Shown: positions 1 to 12,727 of the stretch, one piece after another
Position numbering within the stretch: the first letter of the stretch is position 1
Layout: each line of letters begins with the position of its first letter
NCBI GenBank assembly: GCA_015680685.1
Contig: MNCI01002616.1
Location: 130,378 to 194,377 of the forward strand
DNA: 64,000 nt
From: Gnetum montanum
Lineage: Eukaryota > Plantae > Gnetophyta
Direction of reading: 5' to 3'
Translations under genes and position numbers: made by a program
Notes under the pieces: generated by a model
What the model was told of the DNA's origin: nothing
Database searches by the model: none
The model's input: the letters and a program-made list of their open reading frames with translations, nothing else

Positions 1-213
1 AATAGGTTTTCAAAAAATGACTTTACAAAAATTATTCTTTGCTTATCATTCTTAAGATCCAACACCTTAAAATATATCTCTACACATAACACAACATCTA
101 CAAACTTCAGCCCTAGCATAGTTAAGCTTTTCCAGCATCAGAGGCCAATGTTGTTGCTTTGGGAGGCTTTAAAACTCAAGTATTTTGTTGTTTCTATGTT
201 GATTACTACCATC

Positions 214-2915
214 ATGTCAAAGAAGAGATCTTCTATCACTAAGAACCCAACCATAGAGGAGGTAGATGCTGATTTCCAAGGCCTTTCCATTCTACCATGG
301 CCTATTTTTGTTTCGAGCTCCACCACCATGACACCCAGGTACACACATTCTAGCTTTTTCTAGGCATTTTTGGTTGTAGGGCTCTATGTGTTTTGTATGT
401 TTGAATTTTGCAAAAATCATATGTTATATCTAGGCCATTTGAATGGGTTTTTGATTTTTTTTAGGTTTTGGGATTTTTGTGTGTCCAATGGAAAATTTAT
501 TTCTACTGTTTCTGGGCATTTTGAGGGTTTTGGATCAAAAAAATAACACCAATTTTAAATGTTTTCCTTGTCCAAATGGCATCGATTTTTTGTTTTTCAT
601 GGCCATAGGGCTATAGCACTTCATTTAATAGTCAATTGAATTTTTAAACCCCTTTATTCTAACTTACAGTTAATTCATTATGAATTTTTTCATAGGGAAG
701 TGTAGAGTGGGTTTTCATTTTTGGCCATTCTTTACATGGTATTTTCATGTTGTTTTGCTACAAAATGATCAAGAATTTTTTAGTTTTCTTATTGTGGGTT
801 TGTAGCTCTCTATTTAAGGATTTAAATAGCTATGGAATCATCAAATTTGGATATGTAAGTAATTTAGATGAATGTTTTCCTAAACTTGAGCAAAATGGGG
901 TTTTGTTGTTACAATCAGGTTCATGTAATTTTGGCAACATTTTTTGTAAAAATGGATAATAATTTTTATGTTTTATAATTTTTTGTTTCTATATTTTTCT
1001 CAAGGATTCCAACAACTATGGAATCACTAAATTTGGTTATGTGGTTGATTTTTAATGAATTTTTCGATGAACTAGTGTCAAAGTACTTTTTGGTTGTTAT
1101 GGTTTACCCCCTATAAACATGGGTACTATTGGAATTTTAGAAAATTTTTTGAGCCAACATCCCATGGTCTTGGGGATGCCTTGAGGCATTTTGGAGGGTT
1201 TGTAAGTGGTTTTAGCTAAGTTAAAAAATTTTGATGTTTTTTATGGGTTATCTACTATGACCATTTTCTACACTCTTTGGTTGTTGTGAAATTGTTGGTT
1301 GAATGTTGTAATGGCTTTGGTTGCTATTGTGAATTTTTTTAATGTTGGAACCCTAGCATACTCACATAATTCTATTGAATTTTGATTCCACACAATTTTC
1401 AACTTTAGAAAAATGTTAGCTCTAGTTTATCATTTTCACTTTGGTGTAAACCTATCCTTTACAATTGTAGTTTTGGGTATGAAAACTACAAACCTCCTTG
1501 TCTGTATAGGCAGCGTTGATGTTGGTGTTGGTGTTTTGAAAAGTTTTCTACAAGTTGTATTCTTAGTTCTAAATAGTCATTTTGAATTTTTAGTAAATTT
1601 TTACTAGTATTCCTAGAGTTTTTATCATGGCTATTTCACCATTAACTAGGATACTTAGCAAAATTTTGCAAAATTCAAATCGATGTTTGATTGTTGTAGT
1701 TGGTAAAAGCTAGTTTCCATGCTTTTTATGTTTCTACACAAAAGTATTTTTATACATTTATACATATCTTAGTATGAAAACTACCATCAGTTGTTGCTAG
1801 GCCACTTAGTTGTACATAGTTTTGGTTTTGAGTCTAAGTGTAAAATTATGCTTTGATTACTTATTTTGGAATGGTAGTGTTGACATCAAAGTTTGTTGTA
1901 ATTTTGGCTATTTATAGTATGGTTATATTTTGTTATGACTATTTATGATTGTAAAAGTTTTTTTTTTTGGTTGTATGTAGGGCCTTCTTTAAGCCCATAC
2001 TAGTGGTAATAGAGCTGGTGGATTTGCTATGTTGCATTTACACCTTGAAGTCTAACACCCCATCATCCCACATGACCTTGGAGTGTGGCTTCTTATGGTT
2101 CAGGACTAGGGTGCAAGAGTTCTTGGCCTTCCTACTGCAAAACTTCAATGTGATGATATGGTCACACTTGTCCACTCATATAGCTTCTATTACTATTGAG
2201 ACTTTTCTACCCTAATCATCCAGGTTGATCATCAAGTTTATAGAAGATGATCCTAAAACACACATATATGGCAAGGTGCTTAATGCGACTCATACAAGGG
2301 ATACTTGTAATTTATCCAAGATTTAGGACGTGATAGAGTTCAACTTGTGCAATGCTAACAATACCTTATTAGCTAGGCACTAGGTCCATAAGTTGTTCCA
2401 AAACCCTCTTGATACTATCTATCATGTGGAAGGATAAGCATGGTTTTAAGTTATTATTATTTTGGCTATTTTAATTATTGGATTTACTAAGTTATTCAAT
2501 CTTAATGTTTTTCTTGCTTGATATACTTGAAGGTATAGGATGGATAATAGGGGGTTCATCAAGCAAGACCAACTCCTGATCTTAGCCAAAACAACATTGG
2601 TAGTTTTTGCCAAAATCATCATAGTGAGTCTTATGATGGTGGAGTAATTGAGGGTTGACATTGGTAGGTACATCACTCATTACTTCAAAGCCTATCAACA
2701 TCACTTAGATGATAACTCAACGCATGGTTGGTGGGACAAGTCTGATCTTTCCCACATTCCTATTGAAGGCCCCTTGCAACCCTCTTCTAGAAGGAGAGGT
2801 TAGAATTGCATTTTTGTTCTTGTCTTTGGCTTCACATTAGCATTTTTATGACTATATGATTGTAAGCTACTTAGGATTTAAGTATCTAAACAATTTTTCT
2901 AGTTATATTTGGCTA
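214..2915 (+). pseudogene. Degenerate copy (E) of the retroelement-borne spliced cargo gene, with exon 1 and the FCP1/NIF-like exon 1981-2433; its host element lies on the minus strand
   Basis: ATG at 214 (MSKKRSS...) is followed by a CAG|GTAC donor. Exon 1981-2433 reads KPILVVIELVDLLC...WFRTRVQEFLAFLLQNFNVMIWS...NNTLLARH..FQNP and is colinear with the copies in A, B and C. It is interrupted at 2916 by an LTR. Confidence 0.7.
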
Positions 2916-4140
2916 TGAAAAACCACCAAATATACATGTTGTAACCTTTGTAATCCCATCCGATGAAATCCAAGGTAAAACTTTATTGTAAATGTGAAGA
3001 TTGTATCTTACATATGTCATGCTTTTGGGGCTTGGGGGAGTCAAAAATGCCTTTTGGAATGCCAAAAATGGTATTTTGATGATTTTTATGAGGCATATAC
3101 ACTTTTCTACATTGACACACCCTTGCAAGGGGTAAGCCAACTAGGAGACTTCAAAGCTAGCATGGAGGAGTGCAAGGCATGAATCTCACCTATCCCTAGT
3201 GTGAAGAGGAAGGTAACTCAGCCTAGAGGTGTTTGACCTTCACTCCTCAGTGTTGACACTCTTTCCCCAGCATGAAGGGGTTAGCCAACATGGAGGGATC
3301 AACTAGTGTAGAGGGGTCAACATGCTAGGATGAATGGGATGGAGCTTACCTACCCATCTAAACATGGTAGTAACTTGGTAGCTAATTTGCTGCCAATCAG
3401 TTAGCCATTTGCAGCTAATTTTCAGCCCAAATCATGGACAAAACCCTATAAAAACCAAACCTTAACACCATTTCAAGGTTCCACACTTTTGATAGTTGCA
3501 TACACTTAGCATCTTGAGAATTTTGGCATCCAAGAGCTCTTGCTTCATTGTAGAAACATATCTTCTTAGGGCTTATTAGCATGGAACCTTTTTAGAACTA
3601 TTATCCCTTTGGGTTTTGTGAGCTTTGGATGTCAATGTTACCCCCTGGGATCCTCAAATCCCAGCATGAAGAACTTTGGCTACTCTAATCTTTTACATCT
3701 CACAATCCTAGCAGTTACCAATATTGTAGATTCTAGTTTGTAGCAAAGGAGATTCTAAAACATTGGGAGTAGCCAAGAATCTAGATCATGGAGCAATTTA
3801 TATCTTCTTCAATAGGTTTGGAACCCCCACCCAATTGAAACCCCCTTTTCTCTCCTATGGTCACTTTTGTACACACCTCTAAACTCATTCTTTATTTATT
3901 TAATAAAGTTTATAGTTTATTTCATGTGCAATTGGCATTCATTTGAATTTCAGATTTGTAATTTTTTTAATAGTTTTTCAACCCCCATTTTGCATCACCC
4001 TAACTCCCTAGGTGATCTATTAGACCACCTAGGATGCCCTAAATTCCATTTTTTCCTTAAGGCCCTTGGGATTCATGGTTAATGCTACTTGTGGCTGAGT
4101 ATCCTCAGTTTTCTAGTGATCAAGATTTTCCATCATAATA
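2916..4140 (+). repeat. 5' LTR of old element D
   Basis: Starts TGAAAAACCACC (family start TGAAACACC) and has CCTATAAA at ~3445. Its 3' end resembles the B and C LTR ends and is followed by GTTTCT plus a PBS. Confidence 0.65.
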
Positions 4141-4146
4141 GTTTCT

Positions 4147-4160
4147 TGGTGCTAGGAGGG
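4147..4160 (+). promoter_or_regulatory. Degenerate primer-binding site (tRNA-Asn type) of element D
   Basis: TGGTGCTAGGAGGG versus family consensus TGGCGCTAGAAGGAGGG, immediately after the LTR end. Confidence 0.6.
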
Positions 4161-5199
4161 CCTTCACCTAATTTTTGTGGTTAGATATATCTACCTCATT
4201 ACCAAAATTTCTTACTCTTTGAAAGTTTTTGGTTTTTATACTAGAAAAATTGAAATTCCCTTGAAAACCCAATGCTACCCTTTAAAGCTGCCAATGATAG
4301 AAATTCCAACATGGAAGTTGTAGGTGGTTGGGTGTTGAGTTTTCACAATAGATGTTGTAAATTCTAAAGCCAAAACTAGTTTTGAACACCCACATGCAAA
4401 CATTTCATTCCTTGGTATCATTTTCACAATAAAATCAATGTTGGTTTAACACCAACCGAAAATACTTTCCTCCTTCCTTGTTAAAGAATTTGGAAGCTTA
4501 ACAAAAACCATTTTGAGAAAGTTGTAGGTTTTTATTTTAGCTACTAGACCTTCCCCCTTTCATCAATGTTGTTTTAAGAAGGTGTGAGATCCTCCCATCT
4601 CATCCCCTCTTTCTTCCCTATCATACCTAAGGATGTGACAACTAGGAGGTTGGCATGAGTGAACCTTGGTACCAACATTCTTGGCTTTCCATTTTTGGAA
4701 AAAAAATGGTATACCCCCTTTTGTCCTACATTTACCACTTATATTAAGTAATCTATTTTTTATCATTTTCTACTTCTTTAAACCAAATTAAAACTTTTTG
4801 ACAATTTTAATTATCAGAATTCGCATTCTTTCCTTCACCTTTCTAATAGCTTTCACCCTAATTTTTTTACCAACATTGATTTTAGAAGGTATGAGATCCC
4901 CTCATCTCATCCCCTGTTTCCCCCTACCACACCTAGAGGTGTGATAGCTATGAAGCCAATGTGGGTGAAGTTTGTTACACCTTTTCACCATTCCATTTTT
5001 GGTAAAGGGGTATACACCCCCCCCCCCCCCCCCCCTCCCCCANTTCCATGTTTAGTTGTTTTTGCTTCTTTTGATCATTTTTGAATTTCACTCGTTTGGA
5101 TTTACTTCTATTTTTGCCTTTTGTAGCTTGTGTTAACCCATTTTTAGTGAAATAACCATATCTCTCCCACAATCGATTAAGTTGTCTTACAACTACACT

Positions 5200-6975
5200 C
5201 ATAGTGGGTCAGATCAACAGCACATTTGGGTTTATGACCCCAAAGACCTTACTATAATGGAATGTAGGAAATTCCTTAGACTTAGGGGGAAAAGTCCTTA
5301 TTTCATAGCAATAAATAAAAAACATTATAACTTCATCTGCACTAAGATCTAGGTAGGAATGCTGATCCCATGAGCAAAGGTAGAGGCCAAAAGGGAATTT
5401 GAGCTTATCCTTCATGATGGGAAAGAGTATATTCCCTTCTCCTATGACCAAATACCCCTTAATGACATCTACATTAGTGTCTTAGCCCTCCTCATTAAGG
5501 TTGATGAAGACAACTAGAAAACTACCCTTCATCTTTCTTCTCTAGTTACCCCTTAGGGGTAACTAGAGAAGAAAGATGACTGTGGGGCAAAGTCTAAGCC
5601 TAAAACTTTTTTGGAGTGACTTTTCCAATTAGGGATTCCCAAGGTTGCAGTTTTCACCTCTATCCCCTTTACTTTTTTTCTGGGTACATCCCATCACCCT
5701 CATCCCCATGGTACCTGACCATGTTCAGGCCTATGCCAATCATTGCCACACACCAAGCATAATTGGTATTGTAGCCAATCACCTTTACCCCTCCATGCCC
5801 CTTGCTATTCAACCTAGGTTAATTTAACCAACGACAATGGTAGCTACTACCACTAATCCATTGATCAACCATGTGAGGTCTACCATGGGGCCTCAAGAAA
5901 CTCAAGGATCATGCATCCCCCTTTTTTTTTGTTTGTGCCTCAGATACCAACATAAACATCTTTTTCCTTGTTTGATTCACAAACTACAACCATGAAAGAA
6001 CAAATCCCTTCTGTCTTGCAATCAATAGTGAGTCCACAAGCCTCACAACATATGCCTCAACCCTTTGTCCAAATCCCATAGCAAATAGGAGTATCATAGA
6101 GCCCAAATCAGGTCTTCTAGATGATCTAAGACTTATGTAGGAGTTGAAGAGGCTCAAAGCCTCTACTTCATAAAGTATCAAGATCATGGACTTCTATATG
6201 AATGATCCCATTAGTCTTGTGATTCCATCCTTGACACTTCATTCTAGTGTCCCTATCCCTCAATTTAGCAAGTATGATGAAAATGGTGATCCTAATACTA
6301 ACCTTATTATCTTCCACTTCGAGTGCTTACTATTATAACCTTGACTACATATTATCATGAGGATTTTCCTTATGTCCTTGATACGGAAAGTGCTTGACAG
6401 GTACCTTGCCTTACCAAAAGGATCCCTATCCTCACTTGAGGACTTGATAGCATAGTTCATTAACTACTTTGAGTATAACTTGAAGCCTGATACTATGCTT
6501 CACCAACTCATGAAAGTCAAGCAAGGATCCCTTGAACTAATGTAACAATTCCTCCAACAATGGAATGGTCTACTTAACAAGATACTAGAACCTATAGTTG
6601 AAACACATATTTTGGCTATATTTAAGTGTGTGGTTAATGAATTTATCAAGTCAAAGCTCTATTACCTTGATCCATAGTTCCTCAATCAAGAATTCTCCCA
6701 AAAGAATAACATAGAGGGCACTATGGAGGCCAACCATGAAGCATACAAAAACCAACATACATAGAGGGACAAGGAAAAGGACAAGCATAACAACATGGCT
6801 ATAGAAACTATGACTAAAGAAGCCAAGACCACTAACCAGGGGCCAAGGATCAACCCAGCCAAGATCCCTACTAATAATAATCATGATAACTAGCCTTCAA
6901 GCTTTAGAGTCACTGCATCAATAACAACCAAACCTAATTTTTAAAGGAAGGACAAGTCCAAATATACTAGGCTGT
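5200..6975 (+). pseudogene. gag: Highly degenerate gag of element D, truncated by an LTR insertion
   Basis: Segments MDFYMNDP (6186), KYDENGDPN, FEYNLKP and KDKSKY are colinear with gag of A, B and C. Many stops. Start coordinate is approximate. Confidence 0.75.
5529..5579. repeat. Perfect palindrome, 25-bp arms with a 1-nt spacer
   Basis: TCATCTTTCTTCTCTAGTTACCCCT-T-AGGGGTAACTAGAGAAGAAAGATGA read directly. Confidence 0.95.
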
Positions 6976-8279
6976 TGAAACACCACCAAATTTGGGAAAA
7001 AACACTACAATAGAAAATTTTTCTAGATGTCAACTCAAGGTAAATTTTTCTAAGTGTTTGGCCCATGATCCCATTGCTAGGGTTATGCTGTAGAGTGTAG
7101 CCAGCGTAGCATGCAACATGACCAGATTTGCAAAATTTTCTAAGTGCCAAACAGTCATGACAAAAATTTATCTAAGTTCCTTGCTATGCTCACATCCCTC
7201 TTTTGCTATGCTCTCTAGTGTAGTAAGTGTAGTAGGACTCTAGTTGCTAGTTTGCATGTGTCAAGCTAGAATCTGTCAAGCTAGCATTGCATGGAAGAGG
7301 TAATTGGTAGATTTTCTAACTCTTGAAGCTACCATTTCTACTACACTCTTAAGTGTAGTTGACATAGCAAAAACAAAGACTACAATTTTTGTTAGATTTC
7401 TCTAAGTTTCTGTGCTATGCTCTATCCCATCCTACTATGCTCTCTAGTGTAGCAAGCATAGCAGCACTAGACTTTAGTTTTTGCAAGAATTTCCTAACCA
7501 TTGTGCTACATTCCTAAGTGTAGTTAGCATAGTAATAAGAAAATACCTTCAAAAGCTTCTAGAGCTTAGCACAGGACTTCATTCTAGCTCTAGCACTCCT
7601 CTAACAAGCCAAATTAGCAACTTGCACTCTTTTTGTACCTCCCCCTATGTTCCAAAGTTGTACCTATGCTCAATCCCACTTGAAAGAGGACAGAATATAA
7701 TCTTAGAGCATAGGCCTCCAAATTGCATTATTTTGCACTATTTGTAGATACATTGTAGTCTTGGAACATGTAGCTTAAGCATCATAGCTAGTTTGGTAGT
7801 CTCCTAGGGTCTAGTGAAGTGTATCAAAGCGTAGCACTAGTTGTCCCACTGAGAGTGTAGCAAAGGTTAGTATAGCCCCACCTACCCCTTTTCCATGTGA
7901 CACTTAATCCATAGTTTGTGCTAACCCTAAGCCTATAAATACCCTACATTCCATACTTTAGGGGTTGGCATTTCATTCTAGTAGTGGGCATTAGCATTTC
8001 AGAGCACCATTTGGCACTTGAAGCACCTTGAGAACCCTGCATAGTAGAGCATATTAACATCTTGGCAACACCTTTACATCCCACTTAGCACTGTAGCACA
8101 CTACAAGGCCATAGGAGACTGCAGCAGCCAACCCAACAGGAAAAAATCTCATAGTGGATGTTAGTCTTCATCCTGGGATACCTCAAAGACTCTAGTTACA
8201 TTGCTATTGCATCTTTCTGTACCACCATGTACCTCTGCAAAGATCATTTGTAATTGCTATGCTCCCCATTTGGGGTGGT
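6976..8279 (+). repeat. Partial LTR (element F) inserted into the gag of D
   Basis: Begins TGAAACACC, is rich in GCTA/TAGC motifs and has CCTATAAATA at ~7932. It breaks at GGGGTGGT, a motif near the 3' part of family LTRs, where the next LTR starts. Confidence 0.65.
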
Positions 8280-9545
8280 TGTAATGACGGAAAATGTCGT
8301 CAGCTGGAATACCAAACAAAATCTGTGTACACAGTCTTAACCACGGATCCGTGCGAGGGCTGTGTTGGAGAAAACGAATCCGTAGTGCCCTGAACGGTCT
8401 TGTCGATCAGATAGGGACTTACTAAATCAGTAAATCGATGAAGATTGTAGACGTTTCGTGGGATGATCTGATTCGATAAATCATGAAAGGAGAGGAAAAC
8501 GATGTAAATAAATTGCAATAATGACAACGTTAACACTACAAAGGGAATCAGATCTAAGAGAAATGCGTGATTTCAAGATCTATACTTTGACCCGAAAGAA
8601 ACAAGTATTTTGTATACAAAGTTACAATGGGAAGATCCCGATTATCTTGTGTGGAAACATACACAAAATGATAAGAAAACTGTTTAACAAGGAGTGCAGA
8701 ATAGAGCTCGGTCTACCTCAAAAGCCAAAGACAGAGGGCAAGGAAGGTCAAGCTCGAATACCTATCAACCAACTGTGTCTGGCCAATAGATCTTGCCAAC
8801 CTCACCAAATGATCTCATGATCTCTGATCTATCTTCTTCACTTTGGATAGTCTTTGCTCAAAACTACCAAGGATCACCGATGGGAGAACTGTATCTTCGT
8901 CAAAAGGGGGTGATCGCTCTTGCTGCCAAAATGCTCCCAGAATGTTTCTTGTTTTTGCTCAAGGATGATAACTGCCAAAAGGTTCAAGATGTCAGCTACT
9001 GCCCTTCTCTCAAAAAAAAATGTCTCAAAAAGAAGGTCCCATCCTCTTTTCTTCGTCGACTAGGGTATTTATAACATACAGAAAAGGCACGGCCTTGATG
9101 ACACGTGTCCAGAAGTTTTTGGATGTCGTTGTCTTGATGAACTGGCCATGTCATGTCACATTGTGACGTACACTGTCAACACTTTGCTGAAGCTGCTCCA
9201 TGATTACACACAAATACTCTTATCAGTGTATTGCACGTATGGATAGTAAATGTGTAATTGCTTTAGCTGGCTTTACGCTGTATTTTACTTGTTTATGCTG
9301 CGTCGTGTGGCAGAGCGTAACAAAGCATGGAAATATTGAGTCAGGCTGTTTTACGCTCATTTACGCAGCAAAGCGTAGTGAAGTGTAAAACATGATCAAC
9401 CTGACAATAAATTACGCTTACGTATGCTACGTAGCATAACGAGCGTAAGGCGATCAATCTGCAAAAAGAAAGGGGTCGATCTATTGCGCTTCCCTTGGAC
9501 TTTTCTTTTGACTTTTTTGAAGCTCATTACGCTGTCTTGCACAAG
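8280..9545 (-). repeat. Truncated LTR (G), close to the LTRs of element A
   Basis: TGTAATGACGGAAAATGTCG... is colinear with 17583 onward until ~9545. Minus-strand TATA (TATTTATA) at ~9066. Confidence 0.85.
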
Positions 9546-10384
9546 GTCCATGGCCCTATGTGACTATGCACAAGAAAACCCTCTCTTTGAGGAGCCGTAG
9601 CCATGCAAATGGGGGAATGAAACCTCATTCTCTCCCTACTCCCTTGCCTATGTGCTAAAACCCTCTCAAATCCTATCAATCATGCATTTCCCCTAGTCCC
9701 ATTAAATGTGAGTAACCAAAAAAAGAAAAAAAATGTAGGCTCAACCCACACATGGATCTTCTCCCCTTGTCCATGGCTACCAAGGTGGCCAAGGAGGTAG
9801 TGCCTACCTAGGCAGGTCACCGAAATATCCAAACCATAATGCTAGGGAAAAAGGGTGAATGTAGCACATGTACTTGGTAGATAGTGACACTTTCCTCTCT
9901 ATCACTTGAGCTCATGGTAGGTGTTTTAGGACTCATCTTCCCTCTTCCATGTTACTAAGTCTAGGGTGTCAATGATCACTGAGATGTGTCATCCTAGTGC
10001 TACACTTGGTTGCTACACTCTAGCACTTCATCTATTTTTCTATGCTCTAGGCTCCACACCTCACTCTATCCATGCTCGATTTGGTGGTTTCTCATTTTTA
10101 TGCTGAAAAGTGATAGTTTACCCCTAGTAAATCATGCATATATACCCTACCGAGGTAATTAAAATTTTCCAAGTTTCTTGTGAAGCATAGTAAGAGGGGG
10201 CGAGCATAGCAAGGGGTGAGCATAGCAACTAGACTTAGAAAAATTTCTAGCTTTTTTCTAACAATCCAAAACTTAGAAAATTTTTGAGATTTTTCTGTTT
10301 GCCTAGTGAATGCCTAGCTTAATGCCACAATCTAGACACTTCTTACTTGGCTTGAACTAACATACCTTGCATAAATCATGATTT

Positions 10385-10465
10385 TTTAAGACCTTAAACT
10401 AGTGAATCATGATCTACTAAGATCTTAAACTGGCATCCATGGCTTGTTGAGGCTCAAAATCGGCT
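10385..10465 (+). repeat. Remnant pre-pol GACCTTAAACTRG array of another element (H), into which B inserted
   Basis: AAGACCTTAAACTAG and AAGATCTTAAACTGG units match those at 46740-46915 and 58070-58445. Confidence 0.55.
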
Positions 10466-10566
10466 TGCACACTTACCTTTCTAATGTATACTCTTGCATG
10501 TTTAGGCAATTATTCATTGCATTGCTTCCTTTATGTTATGCATTTTGATCCTATTAATATAGATGT

Positions 10567-12479
10567 TGAAACACCATAAAATTTCAAGACCCTCATGCTT
10601 TAGCAGAGTCTTGGAATTCAGGCAAAGACTTCCACAAGTGTAGTATCATGATAGTTTAGTAGGAAAATGTAGGCACTGAGGTTGGACTGTCTAGTCTGGC
10701 AAGTTTTCTATCTCCAGATAGGCCTACTAGACTCTTCAGTCTACCCAACTGGACAATTGACCTGGTTGACAGTCTACCCAAAAACTATTCTAGGAGTTGT
10801 TGAAAGTGTTTCGGATGAGCAAAACAGTTCGAAAATTTTTTTAGTGAATAATTCTACTACACTACGCTATGCTATGCAGCGTAGCAAGCCTTGAAAAATA
10901 ACCACTCAAGTGTCCAAATGCAAATTGATAAAGTGATTGAAAAGAAAAATAGGGATTTAGCTAACACAAGGTGCTACGCTATGCTATGCTATGTAGCATA
11001 GCATAGTGTAGCAAAGGCAGAGCAGAAAGGCCCATCTTGCCAAGTGATTCCAACAAGAAAAAAAATTTGGTAGGACTTTGACCTCCAAAACTCCCTTCCC
11101 CACTTAGTCCTCAAGCCTTGAGCAAAGTTTCTTGCTAGAAAATGGAAAATTAAACAAGGAAGCATGATACGCTAGCTGCTACACTATGCTATGCTACATA
11201 GCATAGCACAGCATAGCAACAATAAAAAAATAACAAAAGTGTGCCAAACATGAATTTAGCAAGTCCAAAGGCTTCCCAACATGAGGGACAAAAGTTGCAA
11301 TTGTTAACCTAACTAAGCCTTAGAAAAACACTCTTCGGCTCCTATGTAAATTTTAGTCAAGACCAGTGGCTACGCTATGCTACGCTACGTAGTGTAGCAT
11401 AGTGTAGCAAGTAGCTACTTATTCTACACCAATGTGTTCAACAACGTGAGTAGTGAAACACTAGCATGGAGGCATCAAGACGTCTTCGGGTAACTCTAGA
11501 ACTTGTTGACAGTAATCTTTCTCACTCTGGCATCTCGTTAGCAAGATCAGCAATTTTACTTCATTTTGCATAGCCCTGGTCAACTCAAAAAAAAATTGTT
11601 CCTACACTTGACCCTACTCAGAAGGGCATGGAAGACATAGTCCTGGAGCATAGGCTCCATTTTGTTTACATTCTGAGCACACTAGATCTCGACACATGCA
11701 ATTTTAGTGGGATAGTCATAACATAACAAAGTTCCATCCAGCATCGCATACCTACACAGTACAAACATATTAGCACCTTATGAGGTCTAGGACATGTGGC
11801 ATCTAGACCACATTTCTCCCCTGCTCTTGATCCTATAAATACCTTGGCAAACAGCGCTCAAAGGATTGGCTTTTTTGCGTTGGCTGGTTGGCCTCTTGAT
11901 TGGCTTCTTGGAAAATAGAGTTGGCTTTTTGGTGCAGTTCGCTCCTAAGTTGGCTTTCAGAAGGCATAGTTGGCATTTTCCTTGAGCATTCTATTTACTT
12001 TTGAGTTCTCTGGTTGGCTCCAAACATCCCTTTGTGAGTCAAGAATTTTGACATCTTAGCAAATAGAGCAGCAAGTAGAAGACCTGTGACTATACTGTTA
12101 AGTGTAAGCAGTGTCTCTTTGGTGTTGCATAACCTATTGTACACCTTTCAAACAAGGCAAAGAATCAAATCCACAGCCTTGGGGTGGTGCACTTTCTCAC
12201 CTAAGTTTGTTTCACTATTTCCTTACTATAATCGTTGTTTTGGACTATTTTCTCCATTCTTCATTTATTGATCACCGATTTATCTCACATGTCTCTCTTT
12301 AAAAAAAAACATTTATGTAAGGTTAAGATACACCAATTAAGTCCCTGTCTGATTGACCAAACTATTCATGGTGCCCCACTTCCATTTTTCTCTAGCACGG
12401 CCCTTGCACGGATCCAGGGTTAAATTGTTCATTCGACATTCTCTCGATGTTCCAGCCATCGATGTTTTTGTTCACTATA
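10567..12479 (+). repeat. 5' LTR of element B
   Basis: TGAAACACCATAAAATTT... matches 63784 onward. TATA (CCTATAAATA) at ~11833. Ends just before the PBS. Confidence 0.9.
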
Positions 12480-12484
12480 GTTTT

Positions 12485-12501
12485 TGGTACTAGAAGGAGG
12501 G
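12485..12501 (+). promoter_or_regulatory. PBS of element B (tRNA-Asn type)
   Basis: TGGTACTAGAAGGAGGG, a CpG-decayed TGGCGCTAGAAGGAGGG. Confidence 0.8.
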
Positions 12502-12727
12502 CCTTTTTGGTTCCCTTTCCATGTACTATGGGTAGCCTTGCATGCTCTCTATACCCTATCACACACTAACATAATTGTGATACCCTTTTGTGGTTGTTTA
12601 TGCATCGTGTGGTGTAGATTGGTCATGATGATGGTTCCTTTGGAACTTGGTGGGACGAAAAGCCTCCGATCTCCTATTTATTTTTTCATTTCTTGTTTGT
12701 TATTTTCCCTTTTTTTTATCACACAAA

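Noticed and set aside
5017-5043. Poly-C run with an N as a G-quadruplex or regulatory feature
   Set aside because: It is adjacent to an ambiguous base and probably reflects sequencing or assembly uncertainty.
12615-12672. TGATGA...hairpin...CGAAA in the B leader as a hammerhead ribozyme
   Set aside because: The CUGANGA and GAAA cores are not retained in the homologous A and C leaders, and stems I and III could not be built.
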